Shown piece by piece: positions 63,245 through 64,000 of a stretch of 64,000 nt of DNA (positions are counted from its first letter, which is position 1; every line of letters starts with the position of its first letter). Source of the DNA: Hormiphora californensis. Its lineage: Eukaryota; Animalia; Ctenophora. The translations under genes and the position numbers were made by a program. The stretch is from contig CM035350.1 of NCBI GenBank assembly GCA_020137815.1, positions 6,696,001-6,760,000 of the forward strand. The letters are read 5' to 3'. Below the pieces are notes generated by a model, which was not told the origin of the DNA, made no database searches, and was given only the letters and a program-made list of their open reading frames with translations.

Positions 63245-64000
63245 AGTAATCTAGAATATCAGCAGCTGAAGAATAACAACATTATTGTCTAATAATTGAC
63301 CGTGACTGTCGGTTCAGAAATTCTGAAACACTGAGGATCGAAAATGAAATCGCTTGCTCTCACGCATGCAACAACTGCAACAAATAAAAACTAATAGTTG
63401 TGCGATGAGATTGAGAAACAAACAGCTCTCAGTGAGAGAGAGAGAAATGGGGGGTGTTCAACACCACAAACCACCTCAAGCTATAGCTCGGTATGGGCTA
63501 ATGGGCGAAGCGCGGGGGTGGTTAATAGCTGTAGCTAGCTCGAGAGGAGCGGGGGGTGGAGAACAAAGGCAGGGAGAGACACTTCTCACCACGAGAGTGA
63601 GAGTAAATGCAGAAATAGATGGAGATGTAACCATCGACCCTGGCTCACGCCCCAAGTTTGTTGAGTAAGGGGGGCCCTTACTCAACCACCCCACGTACTG
63701 TTAATAACAGTGTTATGTAGCTACATCCTCGATACTCAGTTTGAGGCCATTAATTGTACGTGCAAGCAGTTTGCATTATCATGCACTACATTTACCACAC
63801 CATATTCGACTTCGATTTGTTAGCGGGCAACCTAACGTTGTCCTGCTATGTTATAGCTCGAATCGAGCTGCTCGATAGCCTCTAGAAACCCATTGAAGGT
63901 ACATTGTACCCAGGGCATCTCCGGCGGAGCTGCCTAAAGAATGTATATGGTCTGTATTCAAAGTATAAAACTCATGGGTTTTTTGCCTAAAAGAAGTCTT

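Overview
Eukaryotic (animal) genomic DNA with short GT-AG introns, many (CT)n/(GA)n microsatellites and MITEs. It is probably a pleurobrachiid ctenophore, judging from a 42-nt match to the ctenophore spliced leader as I recall it and from a small repeat typical of Pleurobrachia. Recognisable genes on the + strand are TTC4, CHEK1 and a GPI-type F-lectin-like gene. A tight co-oriented minus-strand run at 27120->~15700 holds F-box/LRR, UTP6, two glutaredoxins, FANCL, a stand-alone ATRX-type ADD protein, SUMO and an unknown ORF. Elsewhere there are two class-A GPCRs, a C2H2 zinc-finger gene and a secreted Cys-rich protein with three basic C-terminal repeats. The headline observation is an intact ORF1-only LINE-like element (29207-30510, minus). 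Its 5' end is a spliced-leader (SL) sequence fused directly to the 5'UTR, so it looks like a reverse-transcribed, trans-spliced mRNA. The nearby gene cluster looks like an SL-resolved operon: gaps are as short as about 220 nt and an unpaired acceptor lies just upstream of every ATG. Many frameshifts (UTP6, F-box, 48800-49250) and the homopolymer-noisy block at 57400-59000 look like consensus errors.
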